NCBI GenBank assembly: GCA_020343595.1
Contig: CP070802.1
Span: 228,435 to 292,434, forward strand
Length of the DNA stretch: 64,000 bases
Source of the DNA: a candidate division WOR-3 bacterium
GTDB taxonomy: Bacteria; Hydrothermota; Tepidihabitantia; SM23-42
Direction: 5' to 3'
Shown piece after piece: positions 30,268 to 39,657 of this stretch. The translations under genes and the position numbers were made by a program. Each line of letters starts with the position of its first letter. Positions within the stretch are counted from its first letter, which is position 1. Below the pieces are notes generated by a model. It worked only from the letters and a program-made list of their open reading frames with translations. It was not told the DNA's origin and made no database searches.

Positions 30268-30371
30268 CAAACCTCCTTCCAAAGACAAAGACCTAAATTC
30301 CAAAAGTCCTAAACACCTAAACGAAGCGACTACAGTCTTTTAGGCATTTAGGCATCTAGGTATTTAGGCAT
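30268..30371. repeat. Family A repeat element, copy 3
   Basis: GACCTAAATTCCAAAAGTCCTAAACACCTAAACG ... TTTTAGGCATTTAGGCATCTAGGTATTTAGGCATTT. Lies upstream of the HMG-CoA synthase gene. Confidence 0.6.
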
Positions 30372-31778
30372 TTATGTTTTCTCAAGTGCTTGTTCCAGAT
30401 CGGCTATCATGTCGTCTGGATGTTCGGCGCCTATACATAGTCTTATCAAATCTGCAGGAATACTTGCCATAGAACGGAGATCCTCACCCATCTGCTGATG
30501 GGTAGAGATCGAGGGGATCGTGGCCACCGACTTGATCCTCCCCAAATCGGTCGCGCGCCAGATACGCTTCAGATGATCGAAGAAAGCACGCGCCGCCGAA
30601 ATACCGCCTTTTAGTTGAAATGACATCAAATGACCGTATCTGTTCACCGGTTTCTTGTACTGGTCGTCGTATTCCGCGTCAACGAGCCAAAGGTACTTGG
30701 CCGCAACGTTGTGAAGGGAATGATTTCTTAAACCCAAATAATTGACGGCCGAAACCTTCGAATGCCCTTCAAGGAACTCCGCGACTTTCATTGAATTCTG
30801 ACTCAGAATATCCATTTTCGAACGCAAGGTCCGAATATCATTGAGGGTAAGAATCGCCTGCATCGGGGACAAACACCAACCGACATCCCTGTTCGGCAGC
30901 AGTTTGATGTATGTAGCAAAGTCCTCTCTCAGCTCATCATTGTCGATATTAGTAACGATATGCTTGCGCGCAATCACAGCTCCCGCAATACAGAAACCAC
31001 TTGCAGTCAGCGTTTTGGTAACGGAATGTACAACTATATCGGCGCCCAATGAAATCGGACGTAGTAGTGCCGGCGTGGCGATAGTCGTATCGAATATTGC
31101 GGGAATCCCGTGTTCATGTGCGAGGTCAATTACTTTTTTTAGGTCGAAGAACGATAAACCAGGATTTGAAGGCAGCTCTCCGAAAAGAAAGCGCGTATCA
31201 CTATCAATCTTGGACGCCCACTCATCAATGTTGTTGGGTTCAACAACCCAGCGGCATTCGATCCCACGATCCTGCATCTTACGGATATTGAACTGCTGGA
31301 ACGTACCTCCGTATATTTGGGCGTTAGAAACAAAATTGATGGGCTCGGTCGATTTCTTAGTGCTCTTGACGAGAAAAGGATCAGTGGCGCTCGCTATTGC
31401 GGCCATACCTGATGATGCCGCGCAGCATCCGGTCTCACCATCAAAGCCGTACCCCTCGAGCAAAGCCAGAGTAGCTTCGAGATAACCCATGGACGGGTTA
31501 TGAATTCTGCTGTATGTCCACGATGGTATAAGATAAGCCAGTGCCGCTTCCATCTCATCGCTATCACGGAAGGCCTGAGATGAACTCATATATACTGGCT
31601 CGATGATAGAACCCTGGTTATTCTCTATTGCCTCCTGCACAGAGTACGCGCCATGCACCGCTATTGTATCGAATTTCCATTTCTTCACTTCCTCGTCGAT
31701 GTACCGGCGGTGCGCGGCAAGAGCCTTCTTGGCATTGTCTACGTATTTCTGTACGCCCTCATTCATATTATCCTCCAT
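30372..31778 (-). CDS. Cys/Met-metabolism PLP-dependent enzyme (O-acetylhomoserine sulfhydrylase-like)
   Basis: 468 aa. Fold-type I transsulfuration family. PLP-Lys motif SVTKTL. Confidence 0.7.
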   Translation of the reverse strand: MEDNMNEGVQKYVDNAKKALAAHRRYIDEEVKKWKFDTIAVHGAYSVQEAIENNQGSIIEPVYMSSSQAFRDSDEMEAALAYLIPSWTYSRIHNPSMGYLEATLALLEGYGFDGETGCCAASSGMAAIASATDPFLVKSTKKSTEPINFVSNAQIYGGTFQQFNIRKMQDRGIECRWVVEPNNIDEWASKIDSDTRFLFGELPSNPGLSFFDLKKVIDLAHEHGIPAIFDTTIATPALLRPISLGADIVVHSVTKTLTASGFCIAGAVIARKHIVTNIDNDELREDFATYIKLLPNRDVGWCLSPMQAILTLNDIRTLRSKMDILSQNSMKVAEFLEGHSKVSAVNYLGLRNHSLHNVAAKYLWLVDAEYDDQYKKPVNRYGHLMSFQLKGGISAARAFFDHLKRIWRATDLGRIKSVATIPSISTHQQMGEDLRSMASIPADLIRLCIGAEHPDDMIADLEQALEKT

Positions 31779-31813
31779 AATGAGTCAAAACTACCGATTT
31801 CATCACGCAGTTT

Positions 31814-32983
31814 CTATATTTTTCTCAAGGCCAGGTCCAGATCATCGATGATATCATCCGGGTGTTCAAGACCAACGGACAGGCGTACGAATCCTGGCTT
31901 GATACCGCTTTCAAGAAGTTCACTTTCGCTGTAACCGGAATGAGTCATTGATCCAGGATGCTCGATAAGAGTATCGACGTCGCCGAGACTGACCGCGAGA
32001 GTACATAATTTGACCGAATTCATGATCGCCTTGCCGGCCTCCTTACCACCTTTAACATCAAAGCCGACCATTCCCCCAAAACCATTCATCTGTCGGCAAG
32101 CAACCTCATACCCGGGGTGTGATTCCAGCCCTGGATAATAGACGTGCTCGACCCTGTCGTGCTTCGTTAGAAATTCAACGATCTTCTGGGCATTTGAACA
32201 ATGCCTATCCATGCGGACAGCAAGGGTTTTCAATCCCCGCAGTATCAACCAGGCATTGAACGGAGATAGGGAAGCGCCTATGTCCTTTGCTCTCTTCCAC
32301 ATGTTCTTGACGAAATCCTGTGTACCAACGACAACACCGCCAATGATATCACCATGACCGCCAAAGTATTTCGTCGCGGAATGGACAACGATATCGGCAC
32401 CCAATCCGATCGGTCGTTGAAGGTACGGGGTGGCAAAAGTATTATCGACACAGAGCGGTATCCCTTTGCTGTGTGCCGAATCCACACATCGAGCGATGTC
32501 AATGATCTTCAGCGTCGGATTGGCTGGAGTCTCAATGAACAAGAGTTTCGTTTGTTCATTGACCGCTGCTTCCACCTGATCGATATCAGTTGCATCAACG
32601 AATGTTACCTTGATGCCAAGATCCGGCAACACGTTTTTAAAAAGTGTGTATGTACCGCCATAAATGGTATCGTCTGACACAACATTCTCTCCCGATTTCA
32701 CGGTCGATACCACAACATTGAATATCGCCGCGAGCCCGGATGCGAAAACCGAACCTGCCTGCGCCGATTCTAGAAGAGCGATCTTCGAGGCAAGAAGTTC
32801 GATCGTTGGGTTGCTGATCCGCGTGTAGATATGTCCGGGTTCCTCTCCTTTGAATAACCGCGCACCGTGGTCGGCATCACGGAAGACAAAAGTAGACGTT
32901 TGGTAAATCGGTGGCGATAATGCCCCCGTATGTTTGTCAGGATGCTGCCCGCCGTGGACAACATCTGTTTCGATATGCATCAC
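31814..32983 (-). CDS. Methionine gamma-lyase / cystathionine gamma-synthase family PLP enzyme
   Basis: 389 aa. Has ETDVVHGG, YTRISNPT, and the PLP-Lys motif SATKYFGGHGD. Confidence 0.8.
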   Translation of the reverse strand: MMHIETDVVHGGQHPDKHTGALSPPIYQTSTFVFRDADHGARLFKGEEPGHIYTRISNPTIELLASKIALLESAQAGSVFASGLAAIFNVVVSTVKSGENVVSDDTIYGGTYTLFKNVLPDLGIKVTFVDATDIDQVEAAVNEQTKLLFIETPANPTLKIIDIARCVDSAHSKGIPLCVDNTFATPYLQRPIGLGADIVVHSATKYFGGHGDIIGGVVVGTQDFVKNMWKRAKDIGASLSPFNAWLILRGLKTLAVRMDRHCSNAQKIVEFLTKHDRVEHVYYPGLESHPGYEVACRQMNGFGGMVGFDVKGGKEAGKAIMNSVKLCTLAVSLGDVDTLIEHPGSMTHSGYSESELLESGIKPGFVRLSVGLEHPDDIIDDLDLALRKI

Positions 32984-32988
32984 ACCTC

Positions 32989-33393
32989 CTAATCTCTCTC
33001 TTCCCGCTGGCTTAATTCAATCAGAACACCACCGGTTGAACGAGGATGAACGAACGCGATTTTTGCAGCGTGCGCGCCCTTACGCGGAATTTCATCGATC
33101 AATATAGCTCCTCTATTCTTAAGATCTTCCATCGATTTTTTGATATCTTCGACTTCAAAACTTAGATGATGCAACCCCTCTCCCCGCTTCTCAATGAATT
33201 TGTGGATCGTGCTGTCTTCACTCGTCGGTTCGAGGAGCTCAACGGTCACCCCTCCGACATCCAGCATTGCCACTCTCACCTTCTGCTCAGGTGTCTCTGA
33301 GATCATTTTCAAACTGAAACCGAGAAGATCACGCCAGATTCTGAGCTGATTCTCGATATCCTTAACAGCAATGCCTATATGTTCGAGTTTCAT
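32989..33393 (-). CDS. mce: Methylmalonyl-CoA epimerase (VOC/glyoxalase family)
   Basis: 134 aa. MKLEHIGIAVKDIE...GEGLHHLSFEV, typical of Mce. Confidence 0.75.
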   Translation of the reverse strand: MKLEHIGIAVKDIENQLRIWRDLLGFSLKMISETPEQKVRVAMLDVGGVTVELLEPTSEDSTIHKFIEKRGEGLHHLSFEVEDIKKSMEDLKNRGAILIDEIPRKGAHAAKIAFVHPRSTGGVLIELSQREERD

Positions 33394-33534
33394 ACTATAA
33401 AGATCGGAAAACGGTTCTCGGATACGAAGCCCGTTACGTCGGACGGAAGACGGTAACGTTTGTCCGGACGGTTGCCGTAACCTTTTGAGCCGAAACGGGC
33501 ATCGTCACCCATAACCTGTGATTCCTGTCTGCTC
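33394..33534. repeat. GC-rich intergenic repeat element (family B), copy 2
   Basis: ACGAAGCCCGTTACGTCGGACGG, GACGGTAACGTTTGTCCGGACGGTTGCCGTAACC and GAAACGGGCATCGT are collinear with copy 1. Lies in the 5' region of mce. Confidence 0.6.
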
Positions 33535-34830
33535 CTATATAAGTTTCCTCTTCTTTGCTGCTTCTTCCAGTTCGGCTCGGAAGTTCGGGTGAGCGATCTC
33601 GATCAACGATTTTGCCCTTTCATTCAGATTCTTACCGTGCAAGTTCGCGATACCGTGTTCGGTGACAATGTAATGGACATCAGCTCGCGTCGTAACCACT
33701 CCTGCTCCGACCTGCAGGGTAGGCACGATCTTAGAAATGGTATCATTCTTTGTTGAAGAAGGAAGTGCAATGATCGGCTTGCCACCCTTAGACTGTGCAG
33801 CACCACGTATGAAGTCCACCTGCCCCCCGAATCCAGAATAGATACGCGTCCCGATCGAATCAGAACATACCTGTCCAGTAAGATCCACTTCAATTGCCGA
33901 GTTTATCGCGATCATCTTCTCATTCTGACCTACTATGAACGGATGGTTAGTATAATTCGTTGGATGTGTTTCGAATATCGGGTTGTTATCAATGAAATCA
34001 TAGAGATCCTTGGTGCCAAAATAGAAAGTAGCAATCACCTTGCCAGGATGCAGTGTCTTCTTCGAACCCGTAATCACACCAGCATTTATCGCTTCAATGA
34101 GGCCATCGGAAACCATCTCGGTGTGAATACCTAGATCCCTCTTGCTGAACATTGCCTTCAGCGCGGCGTTGGGAATGCCACCTATACCGAGTTGGAGAGT
34201 GCAACCGTCATCGACAAGACTCGCTATGTATTCGCCTATCTTTTTCTCTACTTCTGTAAACGGCGGTATGTTCAGTTCAGGAAGTTCGTCAGATACCTCT
34301 ACGAGCTTTGCAAACCTCGACACGTGAAGAAAGGAATCACCAAGAGTTCTCGGCATGCGATCATTTACCTGGGCAACGACTATCTTCGCTGTCTCAGCCG
34401 CGGCCTTCGACGCAAGACATTCAACACCCAGACTCACAAAACCGTGTTCGTCTGGCGGCGATACATGCAGAAAAGCAACATCGAGCGGCAATAGATCCTT
34501 GTAGAAGAGCGTCGGTATCTCATACAAGAACACCGGTGTGTAATCCGCCCGGCCGTCATTGACCGCAGTACGGTCGGCCGGGCCAACGAAGAGCGAATTG
34601 TGCCTGAAATGCGGCTCCATACCTGGTTTGGAGAGAGGGTCGTCACCGAGTAGAAGCACGTGAGTTATCTCAACATTACTAAGTTTATCCTTCCGCTGCG
34701 CCAGTGCTTCGGTCAACCGAAAGGGTGTAGCAGCATTGCCACTAACATAGACGCGGTCCTTACTTTTCACGACAGATACGGCTTCCTCGAAGGAGCACAA
34801 TTTGGCTTTATAGTCGTCGAACCAGCTCAT
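33535..34830 (-). CDS. Acetyl-CoA hydrolase/transferase family CoA-transferase (4-hydroxybutyrate/succinyl-CoA:acetate type)
   Basis: 431 aa. Has both the N- and C-terminal domains of the AcH/Cat family. Confidence 0.75.
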   Translation of the reverse strand: MSWFDDYKAKLCSFEEAVSVVKSKDRVYVSGNAATPFRLTEALAQRKDKLSNVEITHVLLLGDDPLSKPGMEPHFRHNSLFVGPADRTAVNDGRADYTPVFLYEIPTLFYKDLLPLDVAFLHVSPPDEHGFVSLGVECLASKAAAETAKIVVAQVNDRMPRTLGDSFLHVSRFAKLVEVSDELPELNIPPFTEVEKKIGEYIASLVDDGCTLQLGIGGIPNAALKAMFSKRDLGIHTEMVSDGLIEAINAGVITGSKKTLHPGKVIATFYFGTKDLYDFIDNNPIFETHPTNYTNHPFIVGQNEKMIAINSAIEVDLTGQVCSDSIGTRIYSGFGGQVDFIRGAAQSKGGKPIIALPSSTKNDTISKIVPTLQVGAGVVTTRADVHYIVTEHGIANLHGKNLNERAKSLIEIAHPNFRAELEEAAKKRKLI

Positions 34831-35915
34831 GGCAGGAACTCCTTCTTTATTACCCCTTTCTCGGCGTAAAGACCATTGGCAAGTGCCTTGCTCTGCTTCA
34901 GCGCTTTTTCAAAACCGAGTTCCGTGATCATCTTAAGATAAGGAAAAGCACTCGATGTCAATGCATGGACTGCTGTCCTCGCGATCAGAGATGTTGCGTT
35001 GGGCATACAGAAATGGATGACATCATCGACCGTATAGATGAACTTTCCGCTCGGCGATATCTTGGCAGTTTCGACACATCCACCCTGGTCGATAGAGAAA
35101 TCGATTATTACCGAACCTCTGCGCATCGTCTTAACCATCTCCTTCGTCACAAGGGTCGGCGACCGTTTCCCTCGCAACAAGACTGCCCCGATCACAACGT
35201 CAGCAAATTTGATGAGCTTCTCGATATTATGTCTGGTAGCAAACATGGTCGTGACTCGCATATTGGCCGTGTGACAGGCAAGGTGATCCAGTTTGCTTCG
35301 ATCGATATCGAGCACATAAACATTAGCGCCGATCCCGGCAAACGTCTTTGCGGCGTTACAGCCCAGCGTACCACCGCCCAGTATTATGACCTCGGCCGGT
35401 GGAATACCTGCGATACCGCCCAGCAATATACCACGACCGCCGCGCGGAGATTCCAGTAACCTCCCGGCTATTTGTACCGATAACTTACCTGCCATTTCGC
35501 TGAACGGTATGACTATGGGCAGCCGGCCATCAGGCTGCTGCACTATTTCGTAGCCAACAAGCGTGACCTTCTTATCCGAGATTGTTTTGACGAATTCCTT
35601 ACGTGCCGTGATCAGATGGATGAATCCCATGATCACCTGGCCCTCCTTGATAAAAGGATATTCATCCTGCTGGGGTCTTCTAACCTTGAGCAGAATCTCT
35701 GCACGCCGATATGCTTCCTCCTTAGAATAGACTACGGTCGCACCGGCTTTTTCATAGTCGCCATCCGAAAAACCTGCGCCAACCCCTGCTTTGCTCTCGA
35801 CATAAACCTTGGCGCCGCATAGTATCAATTCCTGGGCGCCCATTGGCGAAAGACCAACACGGTATTCATCGGTGCCCTTGAATGGTGGTATCTCCTTAGG
35901 GACCCCAAACTGCAT
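34827..35915 (-). CDS. ald: Alanine dehydrogenase
   Basis: 362 aa. AlaDH/PNT N- and C-domains, NAD motif VIILGGGTLGCNAA. Confidence 0.8.
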   Translation of the reverse strand: MQFGVPKEIPPFKGTDEYRVGLSPMGAQELILCGAKVYVESKAGVGAGFSDGDYEKAGATVVYSKEEAYRRAEILLKVRRPQQDEYPFIKEGQVIMGFIHLITARKEFVKTISDKKVTLVGYEIVQQPDGRLPIVIPFSEMAGKLSVQIAGRLLESPRGGRGILLGGIAGIPPAEVIILGGGTLGCNAAKTFAGIGANVYVLDIDRSKLDHLACHTANMRVTTMFATRHNIEKLIKFADVVIGAVLLRGKRSPTLVTKEMVKTMRRGSVIIDFSIDQGGCVETAKISPSGKFIYTVDDVIHFCMPNATSLIARTAVHALTSSAFPYLKMITELGFEKALKQSKALANGLYAEKGVIKKEFLP

Positions 35916-35950
35916 GTATCCTCCTTGTTTCTATCAAGTTCTGCTAAAAT

Positions 35951-37501
35951 TCAAAAGATCTGCTTTTCTTTGAATTGACCATAGACACCGCGCAAGACAT
36001 CAGATATTTCACCAACAGTGGCATAACTCCTGACGCAATCGATGATCGCATCCATAAGATTATCGCCTAATATCGCCTTCTGACGGAACACTTCCAGTAG
36101 TTGTTTCACCTCACTGTTATTCCTCTTCCTCCGAATCCGATCTGTCCTTGCCTTCTGCCTACGGACAGATTCAAGTGCGACTCTCATCGTTCTGTATCTC
36201 TTAACCGACTTGCCATCCGAAAATTTGTTAACACCAATGACATTAACCTCACCCTGCTCCATCGCCCTCTGATGCTCATACGCACTTTTGTGTATTTCCT
36301 TCTGGAAATAACCGTTGTCAATGGCACTCACCGATCCTCCCATCCCCTCAATCTCCTCCAGATAACGATTGACATCGGCTTCCAATCTGTTGGTCAATGA
36401 TTCGACGTAATAGGAGCCCCCTGCCGGGTCGATTACATTCGGGACATTACTCTCATAGGCAATGACCTGTTGGGTGCGTAGTGCAAGGCGTACTGCATCC
36501 TCGGTCGGCAGTGAGAGTGCCTCATCATAGCTGTTTGTATGAAGGCTTTGCGTACCGCCAAGCACTGCAGCCAGCGCCTGGAGTGTCACTCTGACCGCAT
36601 TGTTCAACGGTTCCTGTGCGGTAAGTGACGACCCTGCGGTCTGGGTATGGAATCTCAGCATCCATGACTTCGGGTTTTTTGCGCCGAACCCTTCTTTCAT
36701 TACCCTCGCCCAGATGCGCCTCGCCGCGCGGAATTTGGCTATTTCCTCGAAAAAATCAACGTGAGCGTTGAAGAAGAAGGAAAGCCGCGGCGCGAATTCA
36801 TCAACGGCGAGGACTCCTCGGTCGATCACTGCTTTCACATACGAAATACCGTTTGCCAGAGTGAAAGCAACCTCCTGCGTAGCCGTCGACCCGGCTTCTC
36901 TTATGTGATAACCGGATACGGAGATCGTATTCCACTTCGGCAGATGCCTGCTGCAATACGAGATAATATCAACCGTCATACTAATTGACGGTAAGGGCGG
37001 AAATATGTAAGTACCGCGCGCGATATATTCCTTGAGTATGTCATTCTGCACCGTTCCTTCCAGGACGGCCGGACCGATACCTTTTTTCTCGGCAACCACA
37101 ATATACATAGCAAGAAGAATCGCGGCAGTAGCATTGATAGTCATGGACGTGCTTACCTTATCAAGCGGTATACCTTCGAACAGTATCTCCATGTCGGCAA
37201 GGCTGTCGATCGCCACACCGGTCTTTCCGACTTCGCCCTCGGATAGAGGATTGTCAGAATCATAGCCCATCTGTGTCGGCAAGTCGAATGCAACGGACAA
37301 ACCGGTCTGGCCATGAGCAAGCAGGTATTTGTATCTTTTGTTTGACTCCTCAGCCGTACCGTATCCCGCATACTGGCGCATTGTCCAGAGCCTACCGGTG
37401 TACATGGAAGGATAAATGCCACGGGTGAAAGGAAATTCACCGGGTTTTCCCAGATCACGATCGTGCACGAATTCCTTCAAATCATCAGGATAATATATCA
37501 T
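35951..37501 (-). CDS. Methylmalonyl-CoA mutase family, catalytic (N-terminal) subunit, copy 1
   Basis: About 516 aa. [51 protein letters not shown] is the hallmark of acyl-CoA mutase TIM-barrel domains. No B12 domain is fused. The ATG at 37501 is likely the start; the track gives GTG at 37522. Confidence 0.85.
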   Translation of the reverse strand: MIYYPDDLKEFVHDRDLGKPGEFPFTRGIYPSMYTGRLWTMRQYAGYGTAEESNKRYKYLLAHGQTGLSVAFDLPTQMGYDSDNPLSEGEVGKTGVAIDSLADMEILFEGIPLDKVSTSMTINATAAILLAMYIVVAEKKGIGPAVLEGTVQNDILKEYIARGTYIFPPLPSISMTVDIISYCSRHLPKWNTISVSGYHIREAGSTATQEVAFTLANGISYVKAVIDRGVLAVDEFAPRLSFFFNAHVDFFEEIAKFRAARRIWARVMKEGFGAKNPKSWMLRFHTQTAGSSLTAQEPLNNAVRVTLQALAAVLGGTQSLHTNSYDEALSLPTEDAVRLALRTQQVIAYESNVPNVIDPAGGSYYVESLTNRLEADVNRYLEEIEGMGGSVSAIDNGYFQKEIHKSAYEHQRAMEQGEVNVIGVNKFSDGKSVKRYRTMRVALESVRRQKARTDRIRRKRNNSEVKQLLEVFRQKAILGDNLMDAIIDCVRSYATVGEISDVLRGVYGQFKEKQIF

Positions 37502-37531
37502 GATAACCCACCAAAAACCCACATAGCATCC

Positions 37532-38023
37532 TCACTCGATAACAAGGAGTATATCACCGGTATTCACCGTCTGCCCTTGTTTGACGTTGATCTTCTTGAG
37601 CAAACCATCGCGCACCGCCTTTATTTCATTCTGCATTTTCATGGCTTCAACAACGAGCAGCCCGTCTCCGGTCTTGACTGAATCACCCTCTTTCGCAACG
37701 ACTTCTATTACCAGTCCGGGCATTACCGCTTTCACCGCCAATTCCTTTTTGTGCGCCAGTTCCGGGCTCGCCGTTATCATACGCTGCACTTGCTCATCGA
37801 CAACATTGACTTCATATGACTCTCCATTCACGAGTACCCGATCGTCAGATTCAACGACGACAGCGAATGGTTTGTCTTTAACAATAAGCATCAATTGAGA
37901 AGCCTGTTCATGGGCGACTTCGACGCGTACTTCCTCACCGTTGAGGAATACGATAAAACGGTCATCCTCTTTCCTGACATCCACACGGAATTCCTTCCCG
38001 TCCACATCAACGACGTATGCCAT
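37532..38023 (-). CDS. Biotin carboxyl carrier protein
   Basis: About 164 aa from the ATG at 38023, one nt after the stop of the upstream biotin carboxylase. Biotinyl domain with EAMKMQNEI. The longer track ORF would overlap the upstream gene by 77 nt. Confidence 0.75.
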   Translation of the reverse strand: MAYVVDVDGKEFRVDVRKEDDRFIVFLNGEEVRVEVAHEQASQLMLIVKDKPFAVVVESDDRVLVNGESYEVNVVDEQVQRMITASPELAHKKELAVKAVMPGLVIEVVAKEGDSVKTGDGLLVVEAMKMQNEIKAVRDGLLKKINVKQGQTVNTGDILLVIE

Positions 38024-38024
38024 A

Positions 38025-39524
38025 CTAACCTCGATCAAACATCGCTTTCCGTCCCGACATTTTCCATGGATTAGCGGTCTTAGCGTCCTTATGTTGCGCA
38101 ATTTTCACGCGCTGCTCGCTCAAAACTCGGGCAAGCACCGACGAAATCGCTGCCACATCATGGTAATGCTTTTTATATTCGATCTTCTTCAATACCTTAT
38201 CGATAAAGGTAGTATCATAGTCGCCCTCGACGAATTTTTCATGACCCATGACCAGAATATGGAACGGTATTGAAGTCTTTATCCCTCTGATCACATATTC
38301 ATTCAACGCCCTCCTCATGCGTACAATGGCATCCTCTCTTGTTGGAGCCCATACGAGTAATTTGGCGACGAGTGGATCGTAGTAGATGGGAACATCAAAA
38401 CCCTCATAGATTCCACTATCGACTCTCACGCCAATGCCACCGGGCTCGATCAGCTCAAGAATTTTTCCGGTGGATGGTGCAAATTCGTTCTCGGGATCCT
38501 CAGCAGAAATGCGGCATTCGATCGCGGCGCCGGTCATGCGTATTTTGTCCTGTTCAAGGCTCAATCGCTCTCCAGAGGCTATCTTGAACTGTTCCTTCAC
38601 GATATCAATGCCGGTTATCAATTCGGTGACCGGATGCTCAACCTGTAAACGCGTGTTCATTTCGAGAAAATAGAAATTCCTATCTTTATCCACCATGAAT
38701 TCCACTGTACCGGCGTTATTGTACTTCGATACCTTCACGGCTTTGACCGCTGCCTCGCCCATCCTCGCCCTCAACTCCGGGGTCATCACGGTGGACGGGG
38801 ACTCTTCTATCAGTTTCTGATGACGTCTCTGTACGGAACACTCGCGCTCAAACAAATGAACGGCATTGCCATGATTATCGGCGAGGATCTGAAACTCAAT
38901 GTGCCTTGGAGATTCCAGGAATTTCTCGATGAATATCGTCGGATTACCGAAAGCCGATCTCGCTTCACCCATTGCCTGTTTCATCGCACCGCCCAGGCTC
39001 TTCTCATCGCGAACGACGCGCATGCCCTTTCCACCACCACCACCGGCAGCTTTGATAAGCACCGGGAATCCGATTTCCGCAGCGATACTACGGGCATCAT
39101 CCTCTTTTTCGACTGGTCCATCGCTCCCCGGAATAACGGGGATATTCGCTTTGCTCATCGTACGCTTTGACTCGATCTTGTCGCCGAGCAGTTCGACCGC
39201 CCGACTGTTCGGGCCAATGAACACAATGCCACTCTTCTCGCAGGAACGTGCAAAGCCAGTGTTCTCGGCCAGGAATCCATACCCGGGATGGATTGCTTCT
39301 GCACCCGATTTCTTTGCCACCTGAATGAGTGTATCCACCTTGAGATAGCTTTCGGTCGCCGGAGCACCGCCAATACAATACACTTCATCTGCATACCGCG
39401 TGTGCAGAGCGTTCCGATCGGCATCGGAGTAAACAGCAACCGACCCAATACCCATCTCCCGGCATGCCCTCAGCACCCGGACCGCAATCTCACCTCGATT
39501 GGCAACTAATATTTTTTTAAACAT
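38025..39524 (-). CDS. Biotin carboxylase subunit (candidate propionyl-CoA carboxylase alpha, split form)
   Basis: 499 aa. KILVANRGEIAVRV, ATP-grasp domain, GGGGKGMRVV. Confidence 0.9.
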   Translation of the reverse strand: MFKKILVANRGEIAVRVLRACREMGIGSVAVYSDADRNALHTRYADEVYCIGGAPATESYLKVDTLIQVAKKSGAEAIHPGYGFLAENTGFARSCEKSGIVFIGPNSRAVELLGDKIESKRTMSKANIPVIPGSDGPVEKEDDARSIAAEIGFPVLIKAAGGGGGKGMRVVRDEKSLGGAMKQAMGEARSAFGNPTIFIEKFLESPRHIEFQILADNHGNAVHLFERECSVQRRHQKLIEESPSTVMTPELRARMGEAAVKAVKVSKYNNAGTVEFMVDKDRNFYFLEMNTRLQVEHPVTELITGIDIVKEQFKIASGERLSLEQDKIRMTGAAIECRISAEDPENEFAPSTGKILELIEPGGIGVRVDSGIYEGFDVPIYYDPLVAKLLVWAPTREDAIVRMRRALNEYVIRGIKTSIPFHILVMGHEKFVEGDYDTTFIDKVLKKIEYKKHYHDVAAISSVLARVLSEQRVKIAQHKDAKTANPWKMSGRKAMFDRG

Positions 39525-39657
39525 TATTACTCTTTGGTCATTTGATTATGGCTATTTGTCATGGCAGCCGGTATTGTCACACGTTGTTGGTCTATGTAAC
39601 CACATCATATGACAAAGTACCAAACAGGCAACCACGCCAAACAACATAAAACTAGTT

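Noticed and set aside
29221-30303. HMG-CoA synthase as evidence for a mevalonate isoprenoid pathway
   Set aside because: ispG (the MEP pathway enzyme) is present at 3496..4548. No HMG-CoA reductase or mevalonate kinases are in the window. The gene context is acyl-CoA carboxylase and hydratase, which points to leucine or isovalerate metabolism instead.
30304-30371. Tandem 8 bp TTTAGGCA units as a CRISPR array
   Set aside because: The units are far too short. No spacers of defined length and no cas genes are present. The same unit occurs in inverted orientation on the other side of each intergenic region.
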